From positions 26,908,001-26,972,000 of the forward strand of contig JBITNC010000001.1 of assembly GCA_050084985.1 (NCBI GenBank): DNA of 64,000 bases, read 5' to 3'. Origin of the DNA: Nageia nagi. Its lineage: Eukaryota; Plantae; Pinophyta. The notes beneath the pieces are model-generated. The model saw only the letters and a program-made list of their open reading frames with translations. It had not been told where the DNA came from and searched no databases. Positions within the stretch are counted from its first letter, which is position 1; each line of letters opens with the position of its first letter. Of the stretch, positions 13,501-28,100 are shown in pieces. The position numbers and the translations under genes are program-made.

Positions 13501-16500
13501 TGGAATGTTCGTTTGATTGTGAATTGAATTTCTCTGTTGATTGTGAGCCAACTTCCTTTAAAGAAGCTTTTTCTCATGATGTCTGGAGGGATGCTATGAA
13601 GAAGGGGTATGATGCTCACATCAAGAATGGGACATGGAAGTTGGTGGATCCTCCATATGGAACCAAACCTATTGGATGCAAGTGGTTTACAAGAACAAAT
13701 ACAGATTAGATGGCTCACTTGAGAAACACAAAGCGAGGCTTGTAGCAAAGGGTTCTACATAGAAAGAAGGTATTGATTATGATGACACCTTTGCTCCCAC
13801 AACAAAATGGGCTACTATTCGTTCTTTGTTGGTAATGTCAGCTCAGCATGGATGGAAATTCATCAGATGGATGTGAAGATTGCTTTCTTGAATTATGATT
13901 TGAAAGTAAATGTGTACATGAGACAACCAGAAGGATTTGTAGTGAAGTGTCAGGAACAAAAAGTTTGTAAGCTTATCAAGTCCTTGTATGGCCTAAAACA
14001 AGCTCCTCGCGCTTGGTACGAAAAGCTTACTGAGCATCTTGTGAAGATAAACTTTGAACACTTTAATCTGGATGATGCAACTTTGTTTATCAGAAAAGTT
14101 AGCAAAACGGTTGTATATCTTGTGGTGTATGTAGATGATCTTTTGATAACTGGGAACATTGAAAGTTACATTGCATCCGTGAAACAAGATTTGAAGAGAG
14201 GTTTTGAAATGACAGATATGGGACATCTTCATTACTATTTGGGTGTTGAAGTGACACAAAACCCAAAGAACATTTTCATTTCCCAAAGAAAGTACATTGG
14301 AGAATTGTTGAACAGATTTGGCATGACAGATTGTAATCCCCTTTCTACTCTAATGGAACAAAATTTGAAGTTGAAATCTATTGAAGGGAATGCATTTGAG
14401 GATGCAACGAAGTATAGACAACTTGTTGGGAGTCTCATATATCTAACCACAACTAGATCAGACATTTCATTTGCAGTTGGAATTCTCTCTCGGTTTATGC
14501 AAAAACCGTGTGAAGGACATTGGAATGTAGCAAAAAGAGTTCTTCGATATTTGAAAGGCACATAGGAATTAGGGCTCAAGTATTCCAAAGTAGGAGACTT
14601 CAAATTAATTGGATATACAGATTCAGACTTTGATGGTGACAAAGAAAAAGGAGTTTCGACTTCAGGATATGCCATGAGTCTTGGATTAGCAGCTATCTCT
14701 TGGAGATCACGAAAGTAATCCGTTCTGGCAGATTCCACTACAGAGGCAGAGTATGTGGCTGCTGCAGAGGCAACAAAGGAGATTGTGTGGCTCAGGAAGA
14801 TATTGGATGATTTGCAGGAAAAATAGGTGAATCCAACTCCACTTCTAATTGATAATATTTCTGCAATTCAATTGGCCTTAGCAACTCCCCTTCAGATTAA
14901 AGGGGAATGTTAGACACCTAATCCTTAGGGATTATGGTATAGTTAGTATAGTATTAGATACTTACTATATTTAGTAAATTTGTAGCTTTGAATGTACTAG
15001 AATTTAGAGAGTCATTTCTTGTAGAATATGAGGAGTTACAATGTATCTCAAAAGTCACGCAAGAAGGTGAAGATGAAGAGTCTTTCTCAAATTGTACTTA
15101 CACAAGATTCTATACTAATAGAATGCTTTTTTGATCTTGGAGTTATCCGGCCTGCCACATTCAACGTGCCAAGGTGAGTTGAAATCTACATTTTGAGATC
15201 CTTGATCTCAACACCTTCGGCAAGGAGTTTGTAAATCTGCGAAGACAATCTTTCGACAGCCTCTATCACTTCATTCTTAAACTGCTCCTTCATCAATTCC
15301 CATCCTTCATGGAAGGAAGTCTGCTTCTTCAAGTGCAAAGGAGTGGTGCTATTTTTCTGGAAACTCCTTTATAATCTTCCTGATGGTTGTGAGTTCCTTC
15401 TTCAATCTCTTTACCTCCTTTTTGGCTTCATAGCCTTCCTGTTCCATGACTACAACGTTTTGGGTGACTATGTTTCCTGGTTGTCAACCCTAGCTTAACT
15501 AGCATCTTGAATGTCTCATTAACGCAGTCCTCTGCCCCCTGAGGATCCTTCTCTTTTGAGTAGCAATGACTAATGGAGATCTCCTTTCGAGAGGTGGAGA
15601 CAAAAGTGTCTACACTCCGAATCTTCTCTCCATTTGAGAGTTCTTCTTCCTCATCCTCAGAACACAGGTTCTGATTTATTTCTTCATCATGAGCTATACT
15701 CATGTTGAGGGATCTAAGGCAGACATCCAGGTCAAGATCTGGATGTTCGGTTGTTAGCTGAGGGGAAAACCTTTTTAACCAGCAATCTTCCTCTGTCAAT
15801 TTTCTTGACCTCTTTCACTAGAGTGGTTTACACTACGACCATTTCCTTGCCTTGATGCTCTTCATGCTTCTTTTTCTTCTTTTGCTCCTTAGTCTCTCTT
15901 TCATCTTCTTCATCTCCTTCGTTACCGCCTATAGATAAGCCTTGCTCCGGAGCTGGGGAGATCTCTCATGACTCCTCTTGGTAGAGGGTTTGTGCGAAGA
16001 AGGAGACTTCTTCCTATGTTCGGTAGGAGAGGACTTGGATACAACCACCTCTCTAGCGCACTTCTCAATAATCTGGACGTCTTCATCATAGGTGCCAACG
16101 TCCACTATCTCATCTTCTGGGATGGTTTCGACTTCAGTCTCATTGGGTGCTGAAGCATCAATGGCTACCTCCTCTTGCTTTGGTGTATTCGCAGCGTTGC
16201 CAGCATCATCATCTTCTTCTTCTTCCTCACTACAGCTCTCCGATTCTTCTACAGAATCCTCCACCGTATGGTAAGGATCTTCAGTCTCTTCATCGAGAGA
16301 AGAGGAATGCTCAGAACTAGAGCTAGAACTTGGTTGCAAAGGGGGAAATTTCTCCCTTGGACCAAGAGAATGGGCGGATCTAGAAGAAATCGCCTTAGTG
16401 GACGAAACACTACCACATGTTGTATTCACCACATCATCCAACACATCTTGGGGAAGAGTATGATATCCAACATCTCCAAGATCAACCTCTACTACATTGC

Positions 16501-18139
16501 ATTTGTTGGGACCCGGGATGGGCTCCGGGGCCTCTTGTCTTTTTCCTGCAGGAAGCAAGGGTGTCTTCTTTGGTGAGGACATGGTGTGAGTAGGAGACTT
16601 GATCTTCAAGGGGGCATATTTAGATTGAGGCTTGGTAGTTCGAGGCTTTTGAGGAGGTTTTTCTCCTTGAAGGGGAGCCTTCTTCTTGCTCAAAAGAGCC
16701 TTTATGCGTGCAATTTCTCCTTTGTTATGTACATTTCTATACCTCTCCTCATCTCCCAAAGGCTTATGTGAAAATGCAATGGGCCTATGAAAAGCTGTAC
16801 CATAAAAACACACAATTATCCCTTTAGGATCATAATTCTTAGCAGCAGCCTCTCTGAAGAAGTTGTTCTGATGTAGCTCCTCTCGCATATGCATTGCCTC
16901 CACCCATGTCTGGCACACATATCTGGATATAGTAATACGCAAATTTATTGTGGCGTTCTTCTTCTAGAGCCTCTCCTTTAGGAACAAGAGTTGCTTGACA
17001 TACTCCATGAGAATCAACCTGTTACTGGCTAATCTAGGCAAGAGTAGGGGTTGTTCTTCTGAACCAAAGTCTTTGATATATGTAAAATCGGCATCCTGCG
17101 AAAAGAAGTCTGCATGTACGCTGATGGCCTGAGTAGCTGCATCAGAAATCCTTTTCACCTTGGATTCTCCTTTGATATCTTTGTAGATATCATACTCTCA
17201 GAAATTGGCCCTCTCATAGACGTATTGGAACTTGTTCTGGCACCACCATTTCTGCTCTCCACACAGGGACGTTTTTTTGCTCCAAGTATCTTTCATCAGC
17301 TAGCTCCTTGGATCTGGCTTTGTCATGTAGCAACAGGTACACCAGATAAGAGTTCATATAAAATCTCTTCGAGGAGCCGAAAAAGGACAACTAATAGCGC
17401 ATGGCATCACTGATTACCCTAACCCATCGGATAGGTCCCCCCGAAACAATAGCAGCAATAAAACTTGTGAACTCTCTTTGGTACTTAGCATCATTTTCCT
17501 AACCGGTTACCCTTGACAAGAGGGTGATCAACTTTGCTACAACTGGCACGAATTCATCTCTCCGCGCACTGATCAACCTCTACCCTTGAAGGTTTTGAAA
17601 CTCTTCAAGTATCCAGGGTCGAATATAGTCTCCAGGCTGGGATGTGGAGTCATGGAACTCTTCAGAATGAACCAATGTATAATCATGCCCATATCTTTTC
17701 CAGCCAAAAGCTGCTTCAATTCTGGCAATGGAAAAGTCCATGATCACATTGCCTTCTGTGTCCTGCAGAACCCACTTGCTAAAGTCACACTTCCTGGCCA
17801 CTTCACTGCATAGGTCAGGAAAGGTACTGCAAATGGTATCATAGCAGCATTGAACAAACCGCATGTGTGGATAAGCTCCTCTAATAAGTCCTCTTTGCTG
17901 ATGGAGGACGTGGAGGCCATGGTCAGAGTAGGGTCCAAGTTTCCCCAATCTGTGTCACCAACGAAGATGTGTCTCCCCTTGAATTTGGCTTTAGGGAGAT
18001 CTGATTTGTCCTTCTACTGAAACTCTATTAGACTTTCCTTCACAAGCCTAGTCATCTAGCTTTTGGTCACATGCCTCTTGAACAAGTGGCTTTGAACCTT
18101 TTTGGCTTTCAACGGGGGTGCTTTGATGCTCAAAGCCAT
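10598..18139 (-). pseudogene. Decayed ~1,170-codon accessory ORF of unit A (interrupted by the Copia)
   Basis: Begins MALSIKAPPLKAKKVQ and ends YGLTNEEWNSIRTKSDLA*. ORF-track pieces 17580-17948, 16964-17158, 15929-16942, 15428-15799 and 10781-11065 align in order with unit B pieces. Confidence 0.8.
11127..15157 (+). mobile_element. Ty1/Copia retrotransposon, decayed and internally deleted
   Basis: TSD CATTC (11122-11126 / 15158-15162). 3' LTR 14908-15157 follows PPT ttaaaggggaa. 5' LTR truncated at ~11267. Domain order: gag remnant, PR (GATCHM), GAG-pre-integrase (LWHARFGH), IN (HSDLCGP, RSDNGGEY, PQQNGVVER), RT (QMDVKIAFL, LYGLKQAPRAW, YVDDL), RNase H, with stops and frameshifts. Confidence 0.95.
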
Positions 18140-21100
18140 GGAGAATTCCACTCAACTCCCCTCTCAACTCCACATGTCTGACCAATCTAGGCATAAAGTT
18201 CTAGATGAGTGCAAAAGCACAGCTTGAAAAGTGTGCGATTGGGCCTAGGGTCAGTTAGCCAATTTTTTTTTTTTGAACACAATTCTTCACTCCATATCTG
18301 GGCACATGGTTTTGGATGAGTGCCTTGAGCACTACCTTAAAAGTATGCGACTAGGTCCCAGGGGTGAATTGAAATGTCTTAGTCAGAAACCTTCCTCCTC
18401 CCTTGGTTGCATGTTTTAGAGTGAGTGCATAATCATGCATGAAAAATGGTGCACCTAAGCTCTGAGATGGGGTATGCAACGTTCCTCAATCTGTTTCCTC
18501 CTTGGTCGCATGTCCAGGAATGAGTGTATAAGCATGCATGAGAAATGGTGCGACTAGGAAATGGAGTGATTTTGAAATGGTGTGTTTGAAATGCTCAATG
18601 GGCTAGGATATTTATAAGTTCGTGTAACTGCCAGGTGTCACTTTCTTATTGGTCCTTCTAAGGGTCAAATAGAAGGCCCACAACAAGGTCGCATGTTTCT
18701 TAAGGAGTGCAAAAGGACATGATGAAAATGATGCGACTAGGAAAGGGGGTGACTTAGTCAAATTCCAAACTTAGTTCAAAGCCTTAGTCCCTGGTTGCAC
18801 CCTTTTGGATGGGTGCCCAAAGCACTTGTCTTAACCCTTGCGCCTAACTGGGCATGCTTCCCAAGGCCTGGGATCTAAAAAAACTTTGAAAAATGTGCAA
18901 GTGGTCCTTGGTTGCATGTCCAGGAAGGAGTGCCTTTTCTTCTTATCTCCCACGCTTTACCCTAGATGAACTTGCGAACTGAAATAAGGGGGCTGACTTC
19001 CCTTTTATAGCCCTCCGTATGGGACACGTGTCACTACAGAATAGGCGTAGATGGAGATCCAATGCATGAGCTTCCACTTGTCAATTGTCAACAAAGTTCA
19101 ACACTTAGCTAATTTTCTTCTCCCCATTCTAGTTAGCTAATTTTCTTCTCCCCATTCTAGTCGCATGGTTTTGGATGAGTGCAAAAGGACACATCAAAAT
19201 CCTTGCGACAGCCTTTGATGCTCGGAAAAATGACTGTCCCCTTCACCTTGGTCGCACCCTTTTGAAGGGGTGCAAAAGGACTCTTCATAATGCATGCGAC
19301 AGCCTTTGGGCTCCAAAAATCTGCTAAATATAGAATCTCTTTGGTCGCACCCTTTCAAAGGAGTGCAAAAAGGACTCATCTCAAAACATTTGACAAGAAG
19401 AAAAATGCTAAGTATAAGTTGTTGGTCGCACCCTTTTGGAGAGGTGCAAAAGGACTCCACAAAATACATGCGACAATTGAATGCAACGAAAAAAATGCTA
19501 AGTATGAGATGATGTTTAACTTGGTCGCACCTTCCCTGGAGGGTGCAAAAGCACTCCCTCAAAATCATGCGACAAGCTGAAAATGAGAGTTTTGCTTTGC
19601 ATTTTCAACAAAAAACGACATATGAGATGTAGATGAGGTTCCTACAACATGGCGGTCTTCAGGGTACCTTCAAATGTAAACATGCAAACGATAAAACCGG
19701 AGAAGGTTGACTAGTTGCATGGTTTGAGACGAGTGCAAAAACACTCAGTGAAAAACATGTGACATGTTGAAAAATGCATGATTTTGACTTCAACTTACCA
19801 TGAAAATGCACTGTAAACATATTCCCAAGACTAGATTGAAAGATATGCATCTTCTTTGACAAACTTTTCATGCAATTCCTCTTTTGTTTCGTGAGGGTCC
19901 TCAAAATGCAAAAAATTTTGGGGGGTGGGGGTGTCGTGTAGGCACAACAGATAGTATTACATCATGGGTATAATATTTAGGGTGGTTGTAGTTATTTGTC
20001 TATCTTTTTGTTAGTGTCATGTGATGTTGCTTTTGCTCAACAAACCATTTCTTGTATAAATATGCTTATACCATAATGACATCATAACTTTTATTGTATT
20101 AATTTAATGTTGTCATCTCATTTCTTGTGATTTTTCCTAAAATTTCAATTGGAAATTTAGTTTCTATTATGATTTATCAGCTGTAATATTCATCAACTTT
20201 ATCATCTTTGTTTGTGCTAATACCTTGTGAAAGTCTTAAGTGACGTTCGCAAATCTACACTTTTTAGCCCAACTTTGGAGCTCTTTGTTTTTGCATCATT
20301 TTCTATTGTAACTAGATTTACTTTTTGCACTCATTGACAACATTATAATTTCTCACCTTGGCCAAACTTAATATTTATTGTTTTCATAGTAGTCAAACTT
20401 TGGGAGTTTGGCGAGTACTCATAAGGAATCTCGCAAAGTTGACCAGACCAATACTGATAGTCAACTTGCAAACTTTATTTGATTTTTAACCAAATTGTGA
20501 GTTTTTGGAGATTTGTTTTTTGCGAGTCATTAGTTTTAACAAGTTATTTGAAAAATCTTATTCTTAATTTTTTATTTTTAAATTTTTGTTGAGTTTTTAG
20601 TGGAGCTTTTCCAAGTTTAAGTTATTAACTAGCCTGTTGGGGGATTTTTCTTTCCTACCCTACAAATAGGCAAATGACTTGCAAGGCTTGAGAAAGGCAC
20701 CAACAACTAGGTGGAAGGGCGTTACCTCTACCCGCTATGAGGACTGGTTACCTCAAAGGTATCGTGCAATGGATGTGCAAACATTGACTCAAGAGATTGG
20801 CTAGGATGTTTGAAGCTATCACCAACTCAAATAAAATTTGTTAACCAAGGACTCGAAGTGTTCCTATCTCTAGACAAATGGTTGTTTCTCAAACAAACAA
20901 AATAAAATGGGGTTGCGAAGGCCACGAAAAAAAGTGAAAATAAAGAAAAAGTGTGTTCTAGACAATGGTACGTGCATTGAGCACAAGTGCATATGGTCTC
21001 ACTGGCTAGTGCAATGATTAGGATCTACTTCTCTCGAGCTTGTTATAAGTTCCACGCACTCCTTATCCCCTTCACTAGCCAACAACATGAATGGACTAGT

Positions 21101-24100
21101 GCGAGAAGTGTGAAGTAATGACAACGATGGTAAGAGGTAGGTCATGGGTAGGTCTTCAATGGTGGAGTGAAGTTCCTATGCTAAGTGACATAAGAGATTC
21201 ATCCCAAACAACACAAGTCTAACATGCAAACTACAAACTATTGCAAGTCACATTTTACTCAAAGATTACTTCAAAGGGTATTCAACGATTTTTTCATCCA
21301 CCTCAACACAAGGTTTATGAAAATGGTCCAAGCAAACTTAAGCAAAACAAGATAGCAATATTACTCATTCACTCAAGATATACAACAAAGCATTCACAAC
21401 ATGTTCATAGTTCCAACAATGAGAGCATTCATCATTCATTTACTTGAGATAATACCACATTCACAAATGGATCAACTTGTTTATTTAAAAATAGTAGTTA
21501 AGTTTTGACAAGTGCAAAATGTCTAATCCTCTAACAAATGAACCCAAATTGGCTATGAATAGTTTTTCAGCAACACAAAGTGTTGCCCTAACCCTAATTG
21601 CGTTTTTCGAGGAAAACATGAGGTCCAATAATAAAGCGCCACATGGTGTTACAAGATATCTTCCAAACTTGTGGGAGGAAATCCTCATCCGTTACAAGTT
21701 TGAGAATAAAATAATAATTAAAATTTTTCTACTAAAAATAAAATGTTTTTGCTAAAAAAATAAAATAAAATAAAACGACTGACAATGGTGGCTTTAAGGT
21801 CGCAACTCGATCTTCGAGACCCTTGTCCAGGAATTTGGCCATAAACTCCAAACCATGAACCATCTCAGAGGTCTTCCTAAAGTTCTTTATCATGCAACTG
21901 TGAACCTTGCAGATGATCTTATCCATTTCCATCTTCCAAGCATGCACCCTCATCATGTGGCTGGCATGGCTTTCAGTCTAATATGCATGGATGTCCTCTG
22001 TCATTGACAAGCTTTGGAGTAGATGTTTCACTTCGGCTACCACTTCGTTTGATTCTTTGATGGTGGTGTTTTCCTCAAGGAACTTGACTTCATATTCCAT
22101 CTGCTCCAACCTTGAGTTCGCCTTGTCGTTAATCTTCTTGACTTCCTTGCTCACTTCTTGAAAGCGAGTAGTCCTCTGTTGTACCACCCCCAAGTAGAAC
22201 CAATAATCATCGTAGAAACTAGCATCTTTCAGTCTCTGATTTCGAGTCATCTAAAAGTTCTCAACAATAGGTCTCCAAGACTCTAACCTCTTGAGGAAAT
22301 CCACTTTGTTCATCACAGTCCCCTTCAGCTTGTCCTCTTCGATGGAGATCTTTTGCAAGGCCTCCACAAACTGTGCTAGCACTACTAGTACTTTTTCAAT
22401 CAACTATTCTTTGATGACCACCAACCTCTCATTTAGCGATTTCAACATCTTGAGCTCTTAGGGGGGCACCTTTATGGATTCTATCTCTCGTGTCAATCTC
22501 CTCTGGGAAGCTAACTCCTTTTTTGGGCTCTTGATTTCTTTCTCCTTTTTCATCCCATCCTTGGTGATTGCATTCGCATTGGCTATGATAGAGTGCTTCC
22601 TAACCACAATTTTGATAGGGCCTATGTTGATGATTTGGTTAATTTGCTTAAGATCTTCAGGCATTTGTGGGTTAGCCTTGTTTGTGTACCCGGTCTTGAT
22701 ATGAATTGCATCACTGGTCATTAGCTCTCTTCTACTTGGTCATTAGCTTCAACATCTCCAAACTCCTCTCCGACATCCATGTTGAAAATGTCAAGGCACT
22801 CGTCTATATCAACACCCCACTCATCATTTAGTGGTGGTTGGTGGGTTTCAACAATTGTTTCATGGTTGATTGTGACATTTGTCCTTTGTTTCTTTGGTGG
22901 TCTTATCTCTTCATTACCATTCTCTTCATCACTCGCTTCGGATGACTGTGATTGTGAAGTTATCTTCAGCTGTGGCCTTCTGGGAATTGACTTAGAGACT
23001 GGGCTCTTCCCTCTTCTGCTAGATGTGGAAGGATTCAAAGAAGCGAACTTTTATACTACCTCCAGAATTGCAAAGACTGTACCTTATGACCATCTGGAAT
23101 TTGAATAGGGTGACCTTGGGTTTCTCCTTGTTCACCACGTTCTTCTCGATCATCCTCTTGGCTATCTTTTGGTTCATACATGTCATTAGAGGATGTGGAC
23201 CTTGATGGTGGAATGACTGTAGATGGGCATTAGATTGGCTCTCTAGGGGGTTTTTGTGGAGGCAATGGATCCTTCTCCCTATTCCTTACACACCTCACTA
23301 CCTTTTCTGCCGCCACGTCTTCCAATTCTCTCAGATCATGCTCATCCATGGTCTCCCTTACTTGCTCGACCATTGTCTTAATTGGGTTCTTTCCATGCAT
23401 CGAAGCATATTGACCAACAAGTTCTTCAATTATCAAGGGGAACTGTGTGACTCTAGATGTAGACCCTTGTGGTCTCTTCCCCTTGGCATGTGACAACCTT
23501 TTGTCAATAGTAGCTTCCATTGTCCTTTGCTGCTTCTTGGCCTCTTCTTGCAATTTGGCACGAATCTTCTTCATCTCCACCTTGTTGCTCACATTCCTAA
23601 ACAACTTATCTCCAAGTGGTTTATGCTTATAAGCTATTGTGCCTGCACAACACCCCCCAAAATTTTTGCATTTTGAGGACCCTCAAAATTAAAGAATAAT
23701 GCACGGAACTAAACATTTGTCTAAGGGAGTGTATGCATTCTGTTCTAGCTTCGGGAAACATGTTAAACCTGCACTTTCATGGTCACATCAAGTCAAAACC
23801 ATGCATTTTTCCTCCATCGCATGCTTTCAAGTGAGTGCTTTTGCACACCCCTTAAACGGTGTGATCAACCTCATACTGCACTTTCACGCTTATCACTTGC
23901 ATTTTCAGTCTTAAAATTGCTCTTTTAGGGTCCCTCATGTTGTAGAAGCTCATCTCTCCCTCATTGCATTTCATGTTCAAGGTCATTTTGGTCAAAAATG
24001 CAAGGCAAAAATTGTGTTTTCAGCTTGTCGCATGTTTTTCTATGGCAAAGCTTGTCGTGTGTTTTCAGGTGAGTCCTTTTGCACCCACTCAAAAAGGTGC

Positions 24101-25192
24101 GACCAGGATTGGAACCTCATACTTAGCATTTTTCTATGGCAAAGCTTGTCGTGTGTTTTCAGGTGAGTGCTTTTGCACCCACTCAAAATGGTGCAACCAA
24201 GGAGAAGTCATTTATACTTAGTCATTTTTGAGGCCATCAAAGCCTGTCACATGCTTTTAAACGAGTGCTTTTGCACCCCACCCAATCCATGCGACCAGAT
24301 TCATGAGGTGAAAACTTTGGCTAAGTGTCGGGCTCAGATTGTTGACAAGTGGAAATACATGCACTCGACCCCCTCTTGCACCTATCAGTTTGCAAATTTG
24401 TCTGGAGCATTGCATGGAGCCAAGGGAGAAAAGCACTTCCTCCAAAACGTGCAACTTGTGTCAAAACAACATTTTTCAAGTCTAACATTTTTCAAGTCTT
24501 TTTGGGATTTCTAGTCTTGGGAAGTGTGCCATACCCCAGGTGCGAGGATCAAGGTGCCTGCTTTTGCACCCTTTCCAAACTGTGCGACCAAGGATTGAGC
24601 TTTAGTGTGGACTTGAAAATTTGGCTAAGTGTTTAAGGGCTTAGTCACATGCTTTTCATCATATGCTTTTGCACCCCTTTAAAACCATGCGCCCCTGTTT
24701 TGGCTCCACCATTTGACCCCTAGTTTGACCAACCCAGAGGTGACACGTGGTAGCGTAGAAAGTTATAAATATCACGCCACCCCTTGTTCATTTTTGCCAC
24801 TTCATCTTAGATTCTTCACCTTTCCCTAGTCAGACCAATTCCATCACATGCTTTTGCACTCATCCGAAACAGTGCGCCAAGGAGAAACAAAGAGACTAGT
24901 GGGACGTTGTGCATCCAGATAGCCTGTTTTGGCTAAGGCATTCAGTAAGGTCCCAGGATCAAGGCTCATGCTTTTAGACACATGCTTTTTCACCCATCCA
25001 AATCCATGTGCCCAGGTGTGAGATGAAAGAATAAAGCTCTAAAATTTGACTAAGTTACCCTAGCCCAGTCGCATACTTCTCAAGCTGTGCTCAAGCATCC
25101 ATTCAAGACTGTGTGCCCAAGATTTCAAGCATCCTTCACAATGACTAGGCTTGTTCTTAGGTCCTTCTGGGGGCACTATTAGATAACTGTGC

Positions 25193-28100
25193 ATGGCTTC
25201 CACTATCAGACCACCTCCATTAAGGGCTAGGAAAATTCAAGGGCAGCTATTTGAGAGACATGTAACCAAGAGCTAGATGACCCGGCTTTCGAAAGACAGC
25301 CTAATTGAATTTCAAGAGAGGGAGAGACTAGAGCTCCTTGAAGCCAAATTCAAGGGGAGATACATTTTTGTTGGTGATACAGATTGGGGAAACTTGGACC
25401 CCATTCAGACATTAGCCTCCACATCCTCCATCAGTAAGGAGGACTTATCAGAAGAGCTCATCCACACATGTGGCTTGTTCAATGCCACTATGATGCCTTT
25501 TGCAGTACCTTTTCTTGACTTGTGCTACGAAGTATCCAGGAAGTGTGAGTATGACAAGAGAGTCCTATAGGACACAGAGGGAAATGTAATCATGGATTTC
25601 TCCCTCGCCGTAATTGAAGCAACCTTTGGATGGAGAAGATATGGGGACAATTACACATTGACATACTCTGAAGAATTCCATAGCCCGGCTTGGGGATTGC
25701 ATTTGGCCTTGGTTGTTGGAAGATTACCAAAATCTTCAAGGTCAAAGGTTGATCAGCGCTCGTAGAGAAGAGTTCTTACCTGTTGTAGCCAAGCTGATCA
25801 CTCTCTTGTCGAGGGTTACTGGTTAGGAGAATGATACTAAATACAAGAGGGAATTCACGGGCTTCATTGCAGTTATTAGCTCGAGAAGGGCTATCCAATG
25901 GGCTAGGGTAATCAGTGATGCCCTACGCCATCAGTTAGCCTATTTTGGTTCTTTGAAGAGATTCTATATGAAATCTTATCTTGTATACTTGTTATTGCAT
26001 GGCAAGGTCAGATCCAGCGAGTTGGTTGACGAGAGATATTTGGGACAAAAGAACACCCCCGTGTGGTGAACTTATCCAAAGTGGTGGTACTAGAACAAGT
26101 TCCAACATTTTTGTGAGAGGAATGATCATTGGGAGTACGATATCTACAAAGATATCAAAGGGGAGTTCGTGGTAAAAAGGATTTCTGATGCAGCTGTTCA
26201 AGCTATCAGTGTACATGCAAATTTCTTCCTGCAGAACGTTGAGCATACTTTCATCAAAGTGTATGGCTCAGAGGAGCGACCCCTACTCTTGCCAAGATAT
26301 GCCAATGATAGGTTGATCCTCATGGAGTTTGCTAGGCAGATCTTGTTCCTGAAAGAGAAAGTCTAGAAGAAGAACGCGACCATCAACATGCCAACCTCTA
26401 TTGCAAGATGTGTTAAACGTGGGTTGAGGCAGCCAGTATGAAGGAGCTGCAGCAATATGCCTTTTCCAAGGACGCGGTTGTGAGAACTATGATCCTAGGG
26501 GCATAATTGTGCATTTCTACAACATTGCATTCCACAAACCTATTGCGTTTCCACATAAGTCTTTGGGGAATGTGGAGAAGTACTAGAACGTCTAGGATGA
26601 GGAGGAGATTTTGAGCATAGATACTCTTCTGAGCAAGAAAAAGGCTCCCCTTCAAGCAGAAAAACCACCTCAGAGACCTTGAACCACAAAGCCCAAATCT
26701 AAGGAGGTCTCTCTCAGGATCAGGTTGTCTCCTCCTGCTCGTACTGCATCTCTACCAGGTTAGATGTCTTTGGTTTCTGTTGGAAAAATGCAAGAGGTCC
26801 TAAGGGAACACATTTCGGGCCCTAGCAAGCGCAACGTAGTAATAGGTGTCTCGGGATCAGGTTGTCTCCTTATCTTGCTCGTACTGCATCTCTACCAAGT
26901 TAGACATCTTTGCCTCCTGTTGGAAAGAAGCAAGAGGTCCTAAGGGAATACATGCCGTGCCCTAGCAAGCGCAATGTAGTAATGTTTGATCTCAAGGATG
27001 CTGACTATCACGCTCTTCCGTCAGATGTGCTAGATGATGTAGTGGATGAGGCTTGTGCCAGTGATTCACCCACGGAGGCGGTCCCTTCTATACTCACTCA
27101 TTCTCCTGGATGTAGGGAGAAAGTTACCCCATTACAACCAAGTTCTAGTTCTAGTCTAGTTCTAAATGCTCCACTTTCTCCTCCGATGAAGAGACTGATC
27201 AAGAGCCCGACCATACAACAATAGATTCTGAAGAAGAATTAGAAAGTCGTGGTGTAAGAGAAGAAGAGGAAGAGGAAGATGATGCTACCGTTGTCCTTGA
27301 GTAAGAAGATGTAGCTATAGGTGCCTCCACACTTGATGAGATGGAGATTGAAACTCTCCCGGATGACAGTGAGATAGTGGATGTTGGAACATATGATGAT
27401 GACGTCCAGATTGTTGGAGAAAAGTGTGCTAGAGAGGTAGGTGCCTCCAAATCCTCTCCTGCTGAGCATAGGACAAAGTCCCCTTCCTCTTTGCATAAAT
27501 CCTCCACAAAGAGGACGACCCATGAGAGATCTCCCTAGCCATGGAACAAAAGCATATTTATGGGCGGTAATGGAGGAGATGAAGAAGATGAAGGAGAGAC
27601 CGAGGAACAAAAGAAGAAGAGAAGGTAGGAAGAGCACCAAGGCAAGGAGATCACCCTTATTCAGACCGGTCCAACGAAAGAGATTAAGAAGATCGACAAA
27701 GGACGATTGTTGGTTCAGAGATTCCCTCCCTAGTCAACAACCGTTGAGCATCCAGATCTTGAACTAGATGCTTGCCTAAGAGCCCTTAGTGTGAGTACAG
27801 CTCATGATGAAGATATAGACTAGGATCTGCGTTCTGAAGATGAGGAAGAGGGGCTTTTGGATGGTGAGAAGATTCGAAGGGTTGACACGTTTGTCTCCTC
27901 CGCCTGAAAGGAAATCTCCATTAGCCATTGCTATTTGAAGGAGAAACATCCTCAGAGAGCAGAAGACTATCATTGAGACATTCAAGATGCCCGTGAAATT
28001 AGGATTAACAACTCGTAATCATATTGTCACTCAAAATGCTGCAGTCATGGAGCAGGAGGGGTATGAAGCCAAAAAGGAGGTGAAGAGGTTGAAAAGGGAA

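Larger units (their letters stand above)
9196..19949 (-). mobile_element. Unit A: ~6.7-kb (net) TG...CA solo-LTR-like element with a long decayed ORF; contains a nested Copia
   Basis: TGTTGGTATGTTTTTCTTTCC ... GTGTAGGCACAACA, perfect TSD GATAG (9191-9195 / 19950-19954). No internal direct terminal repeat. Colinear with unit B in the opposite orientation. Strand given is that of its ORF. Confidence 0.9.

Noticed and set aside
13150-14738. Several minus-strand ORFs over the Copia pol region
   Set aside because: Antisense shadows of the + strand pol frame.
9196-19949. Reading the A-type units as DNA transposons (Ginger, Transib, Mutator, CACTA) or Helitrons
   Set aside because: Terminal inverted match is only 5 bp, no DDE or HUH motifs were seen in the ORF, and the ends and TSD length do not fit Mutator, CACTA or Helitron.
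20240-20630. Cluster of tcgc/gcgag/gagttt motifs resembling a DNA-transposon subterminus
   Set aside because: No convincing TIR or TSD.
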